64,000 nucleotides of DNA from Azolla caroliniana (lineage: Eukaryota > Plantae > Polypodiophyta), in the NCBI GenBank assembly GCA_043228905.1, contig JBHGNT010000015.1, positions 8,060,001 to 8,124,000 on the forward strand, written 5' to 3'. The translations under genes and the position numbers were made by a program. Positions 36,163 through 48,967 of this stretch are shown here, in pieces. The notes beneath the pieces were generated by a model. That model was not told the DNA's origin. It made no database searches and worked only from the letters and a program-made list of their open reading frames with translations. How positions within the stretch are numbered: the first letter of the stretch is position 1; each line of letters begins with the position of its first letter.

Positions 36163-36999
36163 GGTGCGTCGGGAAGATCGTGGCTGACCGCGGGGAGTTG
36201 GACGCCGAAGAGGCCGAGGAGCTGTTCGACCGGTTAGGGGTCAAGCTCTCGCTCACCACAGCGTACAATCCGGAGGCGAACGGGAAGGTGGAGGGCGGAC
36301 ACGGACCGATCGTCAAAGCGTTAGTCCGGGCATGCGGAGGCCAGGTCGGGAACTGGCCACGACTGTTACCTTATGCCTTGTGGGCAAACAGGACAACACA
36401 CAGTTCGGTAACTAGGTTCATGCCGTCAGAGCTCATGTTCGGACAGAAGCCGATCATGCCGATGGAACGGACGATCTCCTCTTGGGCGACAGTGGACTGG
36501 AGAGACGAGATGAGCCGGGAAGAACTGCTAGCGGTGCGTATACGGCAGCTCGAGCGGAGGCCAGAGGACGTGGAACGAGCGGCGGAGAGACTTCGGACGG
36601 CGAGGATGAGGAACAAAGCCCGGTTCGACCGAACGCACCGGCTCCGACCAAAGAAAATCGAGGAAGGCGACTGGGTGCTAGTCTACGACAGCAGCCTCGA
36701 CAACCAGCACCGGGCAACACGGAAGTTTGCAAAGCGGTGGTTCGGGCCTTACGTGGTAACGAGCGCCAACGACAACGGGACGTATCACCTGGCGGAACTC
36801 GACGGTACGAGGATGGCGATACCGGTTGCAGGGAAGCGGATCAAAGCGTTCAAGAAGCGCCACGACGGCGAACCGGATCTAAGAGGCCTGGACAACGACG
36901 ACGAACCGATAGATGAAGAACCGGAACTCGGACCGGTTTTCTCCAACCAAAGCACAATTTTGGTGCATACCGGTGGATGCACGGTTAGGTGGGGGTGGA
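36163..36999 (+). pseudogene. Y pol part 3 (integrase core and C-terminus)
   Basis: GCVGKIVADRGEL...YNPEANGKVE...KRWFGPY...GKRIKAFKKR. Confidence 0.88.
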
Positions 37000-37649
37000 T
37001 GTCGTGAAGAAAACCGCCCCTTAGTGCAATCGATGCATAGCGCGCGTGAACCGGCTCTTCACGCGTGCGCGCCCTTTAATGTATATAATAGGGAATTAGG
37101 TACATAGGCATATCCGGGGGTAGTTAGATTCGGTAGGTAGGAAGTAAATGAGGGAGACGGCTCCCTTCCTGAAGCTATAAGAGAGAGGGAGACACGGGGG
37201 AGAAAGGGATCACGGATTGAGGAGGACGAAGTGCTGTCGGACCGTAACCGAACGCTTCTCCTCTGTTTGTTCTCTATTGCTCTTCTCTGCAGGTTTTCGG
37301 GAGGCTCGCGCTGCTTCGAGGAACGCCCGTGTGCTTCCGGCAGCACCTCCATCCTATCCCTTTTCGTGCGTAGACGAACAGGCATCGACATCTGTTCGTC
37401 GGCCTGTTCGGTTGTAACCGCTCGCGTGCTCTGTTGTTTGTGTCATTTGTTAATATACAAACATTCGTGTCTCTCTGTCTCTGTGTCCATTCGTGTTTTC
37501 TGCGTTGACGGGCCATGCCCCTGTGTTTCTTTGCTCATACGTAACCGATCGTCTCTCTCTTTCTCTTTCCCCTCCTATCACCTGCTCTTCGGTTCAAGAC
37601 CCTGGTGGTCCCGCCTCGTTTCTCCACGCACGCGCGTAGCAACGCGACA
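37000..37649 (+). repeat. 3' LTR of Gypsy Y
   Basis: Direct repeat of 13404-14053. Confidence 0.95.
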
Positions 37650-37653
37650 ACGT

Positions 37654-40600
37654 GCTTCGGCTATCGAAACATGACTTCATGGAATGGGTGGAGACCCCCG
37701 GAAAGGGGAGGAATGCGTCGGCGCTCCTCCGGGATTTGAGGAACGCTTTGCACGGCTCTCGGCACCATGCGAAGGATCGAGACACAAGCCGTGCTAGACA
37801 CAAGCCGTGTCTTATTGTTCGTAAAAGCGGTGGACGTGCGGGATCGGGATCAAGTGGGTCCCTTGCTGGAGACAGATGAAGGGCTGATGGCCGACTGGGC
37901 CGTGGTTAAAAGAGTTTGTAGCCGTTTTGACAAGTGGCATGAGTGTGGCGACGAAGGTTCGTCGGTGGTGAGACCCGTTCCGGCAAGGGAGTTCGAGGAA
38001 CCTTTGCCGGCACGAAAGGAGGAAACCCAGGATTGGCTTGAGATGGGCTCAACCTCGACCGGCGTGGTCAAGGGCCCATCCGGAGGGGCGGCTCTGGAAG
38101 AGCTGACACAAATGGTGCATGATCTCCAGATCGTGCAAGCCCGGAGAGTCAGCGGTGAACCGTCTCGTGACCAGAGGCCTTCGGTAAGGCAGCGGTGCAT
38201 GTGGTGTGACACGGTCGGTCACATCCGGAAGGAGTGCGCGAACTTCACAGAAGCACTCAGGACTAACGTTGTGTACCTGTGGAACGGGCAGGTGCACGCT
38301 AGCGAGATGCGGAAAGCCCTGGAGTTGAATATCGGGCGTGGCGGAATGAAGCGGTTGATGGAAGAAGCCGCGGCGCGACATGCTGAAATCATTGACTACT
38401 TGGCATCGACCGGTATCTGAGTAGGGAGTGACGACGATAGGAAAGGGATGAAGGACTCTAGATTCTGGCCATCGATGCTACGAGGCCTCTCTAGAGTAAG
38501 ACTGAGGAAGGAGGAAGCGGACCGCGCAAAGAAGCAGATCTGGGAGGTTATTGGATGGGATGACCCGGTTGAGGAGAAGACCGGTTTCGTAGAAGCCGCA
38601 TACCAGAACCACGAGGTTCTGGTGGAGGACAAGAGAGCAGGGAAGGCCGGGGGAGCCGGACCTTCGAAACGGTACGAGACGCGGGGTGGACCAGGGAAGA
38701 ACAATTCTGGTAGTTCTGGTCTGCAAGATCGGATGAAGCATGCCGGTTACCAGTTGGGCACCGAGATAGAGAGGACGACGGACTTGCAAAAAGTCCTCGA
38801 AGAATGAATCCTCGACAACAAGGTGGAGCTGTCACTGAGGGAGGTGCTTGGGATTGCAAAGAAGGAGTTCCATGATTCCATCATGGACTTGGTGAAGCGG
38901 AAACGGCTCTCGATGGAGCTGGAACCGGAGAAGCATGTGGAGGGGTGGACGACGCACCTGGAAGACATGGCCGTGGAGGACGAGTTGGCAGAAAGCCACT
39001 ATTCAAGGTTGCATTGGGCCAGAGCCACTACGGAGACCCCGGTTCGGATCGGGGACGTCCAGGAGCCGGTGGTGGTGCTGATAGACCACGGTTCCGAGAT
39101 GAACATGATGTCTATGGACTTCTATAAGAAGGGAAAGTGGCCGATCAACACCAAGCACGGGTGGAAGATACACGCGACAACGCGCGCCACGGAGGAGCTG
39201 CACGGGGCCTGCCCGAATGTACGTGTGAAAATCGGCGATGTCGAGATTAACCAACACTTCTTCATGTAGGAGACGTCCTCGCACCCGGTGATACTCGGCG
39301 AACCGTATATTATGGTGGCACGCATGGAGACAAAGGTGCTAGATAACGGTTCGGCGTATGCACGCGTGAAGAGCCAAGATGGGCGACACTCCGTCCAATT
39401 TTTGACAGTGCGACCGAACCATGAGTGTAGCCGCGAAACCCTCGGCGGCGATAGCCGAGGGGATTTTTAGAGAGGGCTATCAAGGTGTGGGGCCGCGATA
39501 GTTCGAACACCCTAGAGGAACCCCACACGTGTACCATAGGTAGGAAATTTTGGTTCTCTAACAATGGAGGTTGTACAATAACCGGCATTAGCGGCCGAGA
39601 AAGGAAGCGGGCAGAGGAACGTCTCAGGGCGTGTGGAGTCCTTGGCCCCGACGAGGAGATTAGCAACGCTGTGGAGGCGGTCTCTTTTGATGACACCATG
39701 GGAGAGGTACGGATGGTGTTCGAAGAAGGCCTTAGAGAAGACAGGGTGATTCTGGTTAGTTCGGTAGAGATGTACGAAGTCATTGCCGACTTCGGGGAAA
39801 GGGTCACGTTGGGTCGGACGGCCCGCGTGGATACGAGGTAGAAGACTGTGGACTGGAAGATGAGGCCAGTCACGACACCCTTGTTGGAGGGCAGCGAGGA
39901 GCGGATAAAGGGGGTCGCGTCAGACCCAAGTTTGCGGAATCCGGCCGGCATAGGACACTGGTTCCCCGACAAAACGCTACGGGAGCTCAAGGTCGGTGGG
40001 GGTGGCTTCCTACTGCCGGCGGAGGAGGAACGGTTTCGGAGAATGCTTAGGAGGCACAGGAAGGCCTTCGCATTCTCACCGGAGGAGATCGGGTGCGTAG
40101 ACCCGACAATCGGGCACTTAACGAGTTCAACAAGGGTGAGTACGACAGGGAGTGGCTCTAGATCGTCAGGTTCCTGAAATCGATGACGCCGGACGCTGCT
40201 TGGACGAGGGAAGAGGCTAACCGGATACGGAAGAAGGTGTACCGATTCTTTCTGCGGGACGAGAACATATGGAGGCACCCAAAGAAGTAGGCAGCGTCCC
40301 ACTCCGCATAGTGGCAGGGAAGGAAGAGCGAGAGATGTTGCTAACGACATACCATGAGAGTCCCTAGGTCGGACATCGCAGGACGTGGGCCATGTTCGAA
40401 AAGTTGAAGGAGAAGTATTGGTGGCCGGGATTGTACCAGGATGTTCATCAGTTCGTGACGACTTGTGAGAGCTGCCAGATGCATTCCGTAGTCCGGTATC
40501 GGGACGAGCTGCACCTGACTTACCCGCCGACCGTCCACTTCAAGTGGATGGAGGACTTGGTGACGATGCCGATGGGGGAAGGGCAGATGCGGTACCTGGT

Positions 40601-41403
40601 GCTGGCCAAAGAGGATTTGACGAACCAAGTGGAGGGCCGAGAATTGCCAAACAAGACAACTACAGCCGTGTGCCGGTTCCTAATTGAGGAAGTGGTGTGC
40701 CGGTATGGGTGCGTGGGAAAGATCGTGGCTGACCGAGGGGAGCTAGATGCTCAGGAAGTTGACGAGTTGTTCAGCCGGTTAGGGGTTAAGCTTTCCCTCA
40801 CTACGACGTACAATTTGGAGGCGAACGGGAAGGTAGAGCGCGGGCATGGGCAGATTGTGAAGGCGTTAGTACGGGCTTGCAAAGGACGAGACGGGAATTG
40901 GCCGCGGCTCCTACCTTACACGTTGTGGGCGGACCGAACTACGCATAGTTTGGTAACTGGATTCATGCCGACAAAGCTGATGTATGGGCAAAAGCTGATC
41001 ATGTTGATAGAGCGAACAATCTCCTCGTGGGCGGCGGTGGACTGGAGAGATGAGATGAGCCAGGAAGAGCTACTGGCGGCGCGGATTTGACAACTCGAGC
41101 GAAGACTGGAGGACGTGGAGCAGGCAAAGGCGAAGCTACATGCGGCAAGGGAAAGGAACAAAGGCCGGTTCGACCGAACACACCGACTATGAGCAAAGAA
41201 GATCGAGGAAGGCGACTGGGTGCTGGTGTACAACAACAACCTCGACAACCAGCTCAAGGCGGTGCGTAAGTTCATGAGGAGGTGGTTCGGGCCCTACTCT
41301 GTAACGAGCGCGAATGACAACGACACCTACCACCTTGCGGAGCTCGACGGAACACAAATAGCGGTGCCGGTAGCCGGGAAAAGGATCAAGGCCTTCAAGA
41401 AGC
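37654..41403 (+). pseudogene. X gag-PR and pol remnant (RT and RNase H deleted near 40110)
   Basis: Colinear with Y; CMWCDTVGHIRKEC; VLIDHGSEMN; GCVDPT jumps to ALNEFN at the integrase N-terminus; many stops. Confidence 0.88.
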
Positions 41404-42433
41404 GAGGAAGGAGTGTTGTCGGACTAGGAACCAAGCTTTCTTCTCCTCTATCATTGTTCTCTAGAGGTTCTTGGTCGGTTGCCTCTGCTTCGAGGAAAGC
41501 CCGAGTGCTTCCACTATGTGCGTGAGTGTGTGAGTGTCTGTTGCCGGCTCACCGGTTGTAATCTTGTAGGGCTGTAATCTTCATTGTTGGAATCGATTCT
41601 CCTGTTTGTTGTCTCTCTGTGCTTTTCCGCGTGTCTCCCTTTCTCTATCTAGTGGGTGCGCATCTCTGTTCGTTTTGCACATGTAGTCGTGATTCATTTG
41701 GCCGATAAGTGCCGCTTACCGGGAGCAGGCGTTCGCCGGCTCGACGCTAGCATTCTCTCTCCCCTTGATCTCTTGCACTCCTCGGTCCAAGGCCCCCGCG
41801 GTCCTGCCTTAGTTTCTCGCGCGTAAGCGAAACAACACGACACCGTGTTCCTAATCGGTAACACTTTTGGCACGCCTAATGATCTGTGGTTCTCACAGTC
41901 TCGCATCAGGGAATGCATGTCTAGCTGCCAACGCACTCGAGAACCAACTCGACAAGATCAACCGCAGACCCGATCCTTCACCTGAAAAGCGGAGGAACGC
42001 TGTCGTGAAGATCCATCACTACATGCAGATCGTGAGGCGGAACTACCGGGGTTCTAGACCGGAAGGATTCGAAGTTTTCACTAGCTTTAGCGAGAAAGTA
42101 TTTAAGATAGATTGAAAGAGAGAGAGATTGAGATAAGATAGAACGCTTGACTTTAGGTTTGAGAGACAATATTAATACATCACAAAAATGGGATAACAAA
42201 TTTTCTTCCTCTTAATTTCTTGATTAATACCTAGCCCATTTTTCCTCTCCATCCATTCTTTTATAGATGCCCCTATGCACATGATGCTTGTGAGGGTGCA
42301 AGACATGCATGAGATGCATGTTTGCCATTTGGCACTCATGTATTACATGTGTTACATGATAACCATGTCACTCATTCAAGCTCTCATGTATGAGAATTTA
42401 CATGTAAAATGATCAAAGTAAAGCATTTGAAGA

Positions 42434-42505
42434 TATGACTTGGCTTAGTGGTAAGCCTATTGACATTCAACTTGGAGGTGCAAGGTTCAAGCCTTGCTCA
42501 CATCC
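42434..42505 (+). other. tRNA-like relic (Pol III A-box and B-box), possibly SINE-derived
   Basis: TGGCTTAGTGG at 42441-42451 and gcaagGTTCAAGCcttgc at 42480-42497 with tRNA-like spacing; no convincing cloverleaf. Confidence 0.35.
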
Positions 42506-43069
42506 CTTTTAAAACACAAAATACTACTAGGCTTTTGGTCTTGTATTTACATCGAAAATCTTCAAAACACCATGCACCGCGATCAACCGACTGATCTATC
42601 TGTCCTAACCGGTTTAATCCGATCCGGATCCGATCCTGTCTGTCATCGTCCGTCCAGGTCCGGGTCCATCCAAAACACTATTTGAATAACTTGGCCGCAT
42701 CCATTCATACAAGTTATACAACCCAAGCTTTTTCTACTCCTAGCACATAAATAAAATATAAAGAGATATGACTCTAGTTATATACTCTTGAATCCTTATG
42801 TTGTCCTATCTATGTGGGATATCTCACAAATGTGTTTTTCTCTTCTTTTTCTTAAACTTCACATTCACATAACTTGACATTTAGTTGTCCGTTTCAAATG
42901 TAGTAAAGTACATTCAGAAACTCTTGAGGACCTCCATCTTTTTGTACTAAGATATTAAACTAGTATAAAATAGTATCTTCACTATTATTTTTTTATGTTG
43001 TGTGTGAAGAACCACACTCGATTTTGTACATTCTATTCAATTTTCACACCGTTGGCGAAAATCTTTATG

Positions 43070-46000
43070 ACAATGCGGAACGCGAAAACCATGCCTCAAC
43101 AGCTGCGTTCTGCCTCTCTTGGAGTATACGCTACAATCTACGCTCACCGAACAGAGCAGCACTAGGCAAGAGGTCCCATCTCCACTGGACCAATATAGTG
43201 AAACTACCACTTCTCCAAAAATCCCACATCGCGTTGGCAGTACTCTCCCAAACACTAGCTTATCGACCGAATGGCTTTCTCATACCCTCGCTTCAGTGGA
43301 GATACTAGCGTCGAGCGCCATGCTCGGTCGTTCCTCAATGTTTGGAACGTCAACCATATGGCGTAGCGACTTTCGAAGGCGGAAGCCCACGCATAAAAAA
43401 TCACAGAGTTTGGGTTAACCCTAGATGGGCGTGTTGCCCGTTGGCATTCCTAGCTTGACATCATGTCGTTCCCCAACGCGAGATCATCGGCCAGTTTTAT
43501 ACGATAAAACAGCTTCCGCAAGAGTCCGTGGCGGACTTTAGTCTACGGTTCCAGAGTTTACCGCGACAACTAGCATGCGCTCCAACGGAGGACGAAGCAA
43601 AAGAAACATTTTTGGCGGCATTACGACGACCCCTCCAGACAACGTTAAATATGCAAAATCTCACGGGCCAAATGACGGATACAATCATAGAACGTGCGTT
43701 GCAGCTCGAGTTCGAAGAGGAGGATGAGGGGTTGTCTATGGCATTGCTCCGCCAAGCACTCCCAAGGAGAAGGATGACCGTTTCCGCCAAGCCATTCAAT
43801 GGATAATCTGCTTGAACTCCGGACACTTCGTGGTAGATTGTAATATGCGGATACACTGCCCTATTTGTCATTCACGGGTGCACTCGGTGGACCAGTGCGA
43901 ATATAACATGCTGAATAGGTTCACCGTATGGGGCCTCAACGGCATTACTGTCACAATGACCAAGGCCGACAGGAGGAGCGTTACGGTAACACGGAGCGGA
44001 ATCAGTGTGCGGGAAGGCCAAACCACCGCCGTCACAACAACGACCCTTATTTGGACGAGGATGAGCAGGAAGAAGAGGAGTATCCTAGCAATGAACGCTA
44101 CAATCCTCAGGGATGGCGCCGCCATGATAACCGATGTACCACCAACAATCGCGGTGGATAGGCGGAGCCCCATTCGTATGGAGGAAATTGCCAATCACGG
44201 AACCAACGTAATAACGATGAAAGCTCGGAGGAAGAACGGCGCCAGGATAGTCGTCGAGAGTATTGCCAAAAGCCCCGCAACAACATGTGGTTTCAAAGAC
44301 CTCACCGCAACCCCGGTCATTGAAAAAGGTGAGTCTAGTGTTCACTGTTTTAATTGTCAACAACCAAGTCATTACACAACTCAATGCCCATGGCGCGATA
44401 AAGGGAAAGGGCCAACGGTGAATACAATCATGACAAAAGTCCAACAGGTGACAACTTGTAGCAAGGCGAAAAACACGGACTAGATGGAACAAGACGAGAT
44501 CCACAAAGCTACACAAGCCTGGGTAGAGAAGGCAAATGAAGCCAATGTGGAACGGATGCGGCAAGAGTTCGGCCACACAACCACACAAATGGGACACAAG
44601 GTATTAACGCTAGACCCGATATGGCAAGCACTGGCCGATTGCGAAATTATGCTGACCATGGACAAATTATTACGACTAGTCCCTCGATTTCGACAAACCA
44701 TGGAAAACCGGATGTGGGGCATAGACAGACTAGAGATTTCGGCCAATTATACAGAGTCTAGCACAAGCCCAACCATGGTGGATCACCGCAACCCAGCCAT
44801 CAAGGTGGTGCTGCAAGGGCAGGAAATCACGGGATGCATTGTTGATGGTAGTTTCGGAGTGAATGTGATCAGTAAAAGCACATGTAACCGCCTCGGTATT
44901 ACTAAATGGGAGGCATGCCCATTTTGGCTCCGAATGGCAAACACCCGTTCGGTCAGACCATTGGGGTTGGTCCGGAAGCTAAGGATTGTAATTGGCGGTC
45001 ACGACTTTGAAATTTCTGCCGTTGTGTTGGCTTTGGATGCTCCAGGGGCGTATCCGATATTGTTAGGAAGACCACAGTTTCGTTCTGCTAACATCTAGCA
45101 GAACTAGTAGCACAATTGCATTAGCTTCCGTCGAGGGCAAAGCAAGGTCCAGGTAATGACGCAAGACACCTTCGCACCTACGAAAGCAATAACGCCACTA
45201 TACGCGGAAGAAATTCACATGCTAGAAAGGTTGGAAGACACGGAACTCGAAGCATACCTGGATGAAAATCCGCGGATAGTACCGCTGTTTGAAATAGACG
45301 TCCTAGAGACTACTATCGAGTACATGCCGATGAGTGCTCCGAATGATGATGAATACGAACCAGATCCTGAATCTGTGTTGGAGCTAAGCAAGGAATGAGA
45401 GGCGTTCGATAGGGAGATGGAAATCTCGTGAAGAGTGACAACATCGACCTTGGAGGAAATCAATGTAGGGTCAGCTGAGGCACCAAGACTACTAACGATC
45501 GCTAAGGACTTGACGCCAAACGAAAAAATGGCCATGACTGAGTTGTTACAGGAGTTTAAAGATGTCTTCGTGTGGTCACATGCGGACATGAAGGGGCTAG
45601 ACCCAAAATTCTACCAACACAAAATTAACTTGGCCAAGGATGGGAAACCAGTTCAGCAGAGACGCTATCGCATGAACCCGAACTACGCGGCACACGTAAA
45701 AGAGGAAATTGACAAACTCTTGAAAGATGGATTTATTCAGCCGGTAAAACAATCGACATGGCTTAGTCCAATAGTGGTTGTACTAAAGAAAAATGGCAAA
45801 ATACAGGTATGCGTCGACTACCGCGATTTAAACACTGTCACAATCACCGGCGCATTTCCCTTGCCATTTATGGATAGCGTACTAGACACAGTCGCAGGTC
45901 ACGACATGTACAGTTTTCTGGATGGGTTTAGCCGGTATAACCAAATATGAATGCACCCGAAGGATGAGGGGAAAACCGCTTTCGTAACCGAATGGGGCGT

Positions 46001-48073
46001 CTTTGTGGCAGTGTTAATGATGTTCGGACTAAAGACCGCTCCAGCCACGTTCCAATGCACCATTGTGGAGATTTTCGGCGACTTCATCCCTGCGTTCATG
46101 CAAGTCTCCCTCGACGACTTTGCGGTCTATGGGACGCGAGGGGATCACTGGAGCCATCGAAGGCTATGTTAGAACGATGCCGTACTTTGCACCTCAGCCT
46201 CAACCAAGCCAAATGCGCATTCGGGGTCACAAGCGGAGCTCTTCTCGGGCACATAGTGAGCAAGGATGGTATAGCGGTGGACCCCGGCAAAATCAAAGCC
46301 ATAGTTGAGGCTAACACCCCTAGTAATGCAAGGACCCTTAGCCGTTTTTTTGGACAAATCCACTAGCATAGTCGAATGCTCTATTATTTGGCGGATTTCA
46401 CAACATCGCCACACGCCGCAGTGCACCGCACACCATTCAAATGGATGGCAACAGAGGATAAGGCGTATGAAGCACTGAAAGTGATGTTGACACAAGGACA
46501 GCCTCTAGACTGGTCAAAGCCATTTCACGTATTTGTCGATGCTTCCGACATAGCAATCAACAACACACGTATGCAACTCACCAAGCCCAACTGGTATCGG
46601 CTAGTATACTATTCTAGTCGCAAATTGTCAGACGCCGACCGTAACTATTCGACAATTGAGCACGAAGCTCTAGGTATGATCTACAACATCAAAAAATTTC
46701 AACATTATTTAGTAGGTCGGAAATTCACGTTTCACGTGGATCACGCTGCATTACTGTACCTGGTCGCTAAACAGTCATTAACCTGAAAATTAGCCAGATG
46801 GATGCTGCTATTACAAGAATTTGAATTCGAGATCCATCATCGGCCAGGGACACAACATGCAGTTGCGGATTATCTAAGTAGGATTGACAATGGTGACGAA
46901 ACAGCACCAGAGCACGACGATTTTCTAGATGTCGAAATACTGCGTATTGCGACAGCTGGGACAAAGGAAGATAAGAATTTCCCGGATAGGTGGCTGATGG
47001 AAATGACTTACTTCTTAAGCACGGGGCTGCCACCGCCACAACTAAGAATGAACGAAAAGAAAAGGCTCACGGTTTGGAGCCAGAACTTTTGCCTAGTTGA
47101 AGGGGTCTTATACCATAAGGGAAGCGATGGCATCTGGTGGCGAGGTGTATGACAAGACGAGAAGAACGCGGTATTACGAGAAGCTCACTGTCGTACAGTA
47201 GGGGGACACTACGTGGGGGATGTTACGGCCCAGAAAGTATGGCAAGCAGGTCTATGGCGGCCAACCATGCAAAGGGACACATACGAATACTGCAAGGAGC
47301 GCGACCTCTGCCATTGAATGAGACAACTGTCAGAGCTAGCACGGATGCCCCACCAGCCGGTGCTTCCGCTTGAGCCTTTCCAGAAATGGGGCCTCGATTT
47401 CGTCGGACCCTTTACCCCAGCCGCGGCTCGTACGGAAAACAAATATATTCTAATGGCCACAGATTATTGTACGAAATGGGTGGAGGCAAAAGCGTTACGG
47501 GACAACACCACGGCTTCCACGACCAAATTTTTGTATGAACAAATTTGGTGCCGTTTTGGCTGTCCTATCGAGCTCATCAACGATCAAGGAAGCCATTTCT
47601 TGAATATGCTCATTTACGATCTCACTAAACATTGCACCGTGGTACACAAGAAGAGTACACTGTATTATCCACATGCCAATGGTCTCGTGGAGTCGACGAA
47701 TAAAACACTTCAAAATGTCTTGAAAAAGATCGTCAATGACAACCTCACGGATGGGGACATGAAGCTGCTCAACACATTATGGGCATAATGCACGAGCTTC
47801 AAAACCAACGTCCAATCAACACCATTCCGGCTAGTGTTTGGGCTGGAAGCCGTAATGCCTATAGAATTTCAAATACCAAGTTTACAAATACAGGTTCGCG
47901 AACGATTGTCGGAGAACCAGTTTGAGCAAATTCGGTTACAACAACTACTCGAATTGGGCAAAGCTAGGATCCACAGCATGGCGATTCTCAAGCACGAGTA
48001 GCGGGGGCGGAAGGCATTCGTAGATTGGCACCATAGCACCAATGAGAAGCATTTTAAAATTGGGAAAGCCGTT
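43070..48073 (+). mobile_element. Gypsy D1 (C-like lineage), degenerate gag-PR-RT-RH-INT, truncated by a Copia LTR
   Basis: KQLPQESVADF gag, CFNCQQPSHYTTQC, IVDGSFGVNV, FLDGFSRYNQI, SLDD, FHVFVDASD, WGLDFVGP, DYCTKWVEA. 5' LTR not identified. Confidence 0.85.
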
Positions 48074-48967
48074 TGTTGAGCGAGCAAGCTCAACAGTATC
48101 CAGATCGGCTGAAGAAGCCAGAGCCGGATCGGTGTCCGAAACCAGGAGCTAGATCGGTGAGCTAGATCGGGGAGCGGGATTCAAATGTGAACCGGAAGGG
48201 TAGTAGTAGCCTACACTCCTAGACTACTAGCTAGTCAAAGTTCTCGTAGTTAGTGTCTTGCCGCTTGTATGAGCATTGAAGTACATAGTACTTCTGTCAG
48301 TCATTTTGAGGACTTGTATAAATAGTGTTGTTTAGCACGTTGTATGGGTAGAGTTTTATAGAGTGATACAGTGTGTTATTTTTTAATTTGATTTTATGTT
48401 CTACTCTCTCTCTCTCTCTCTCTCTCTCCCGTGTATGGTAATACTCTTAAGTTTCCATTGAACCTGTGATTCTCTGTTGCTAACCGGCTAAACCGGCTTT
48501 GTCAAAGCTTCCACATGCTAACTTTCACATGGTATTAGAGCACGAGGGTTGAGATTCCTCTGCAGCCGACAAACGCTTCCGAAGACAAATACTAACAACC
48601 GGTGAAGAATAGTAGAGAACTGAAATGGACAGAGGTATGGCAAGTTCGCTTCCCACAGTAAAGCTTGACCGTAGCAACTATGCATCTTGGTCATATAAAA
48701 TGCACAAGTACCTGTTGGGGCATGGATATTGGAGCTATGTGGAAGGAACCAACGAGGTAGCACAAGAGCCGGCACACAAAGACTTCCCGGCATGGGAGCA
48801 AGGAGTGAGCCGAGTTTTGTACTGCCTTGCGTCCGGTGTGCAAGATTAGATGCTCGGTTACATCAAGGATGCAAAAATGCCAAAGGAGGCTTGTGAAAAT
48901 CTATAGAAGATTTTCGCCGCAAGTACCACAACCCGTAAGTTGCGGCTCCGGCAAGAGCTGAACAACG
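48074..48967 (+). mobile_element. Copia 5' fragment (LTR 48074-48529, PBS, gag start), related to G
   Basis: TGTTGAG...TTTCACA; tggtattagagc at 48530; MDRGMASSLPTVKLDRSNYASWSYKM matches the G gag. Confidence 0.9.

Larger units (their letters stand above)
13404..37649 (+). mobile_element. Gypsy Y (same lineage as X), Trp PBS, 4-bp TSD ACGT; interrupted by C and E
   Basis: 650-bp LTRs at 13404-14053 and 37000-37649 (~19 mismatches by eye); acgt at 13400-13403 and 37650-37653; G-rich PPT at 36988-36999; order gag-PR-RT-RH-INT. Confidence 0.95.
7644..41842 (+). mobile_element. Gypsy X: old, degenerate, Trp-primed element; outermost host of B, Y, C, E and F
   Basis: Matching LTR 3' parts at 7644-7767 and ~41404-41842 (...gcgaaacaacacgaca); PBS tggtgaactcgacgtga at ~7774. 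Removing the insertions rejoins gag in frame (KYGLD|DV|LRLSKHDFMEWVE). Both LTRs are 5'-truncated. Confidence 0.85.

Noticed and set aside
36093-37007. 304-aa ORF as a standalone integrase gene
   Set aside because: Chimeric: it begins inside the E LTR and reads into the interrupted Y integrase.
42434-42505. Functional tRNA gene
   Set aside because: No acceptor or anticodon stems and a T-loop one base short; kept only as a relic.
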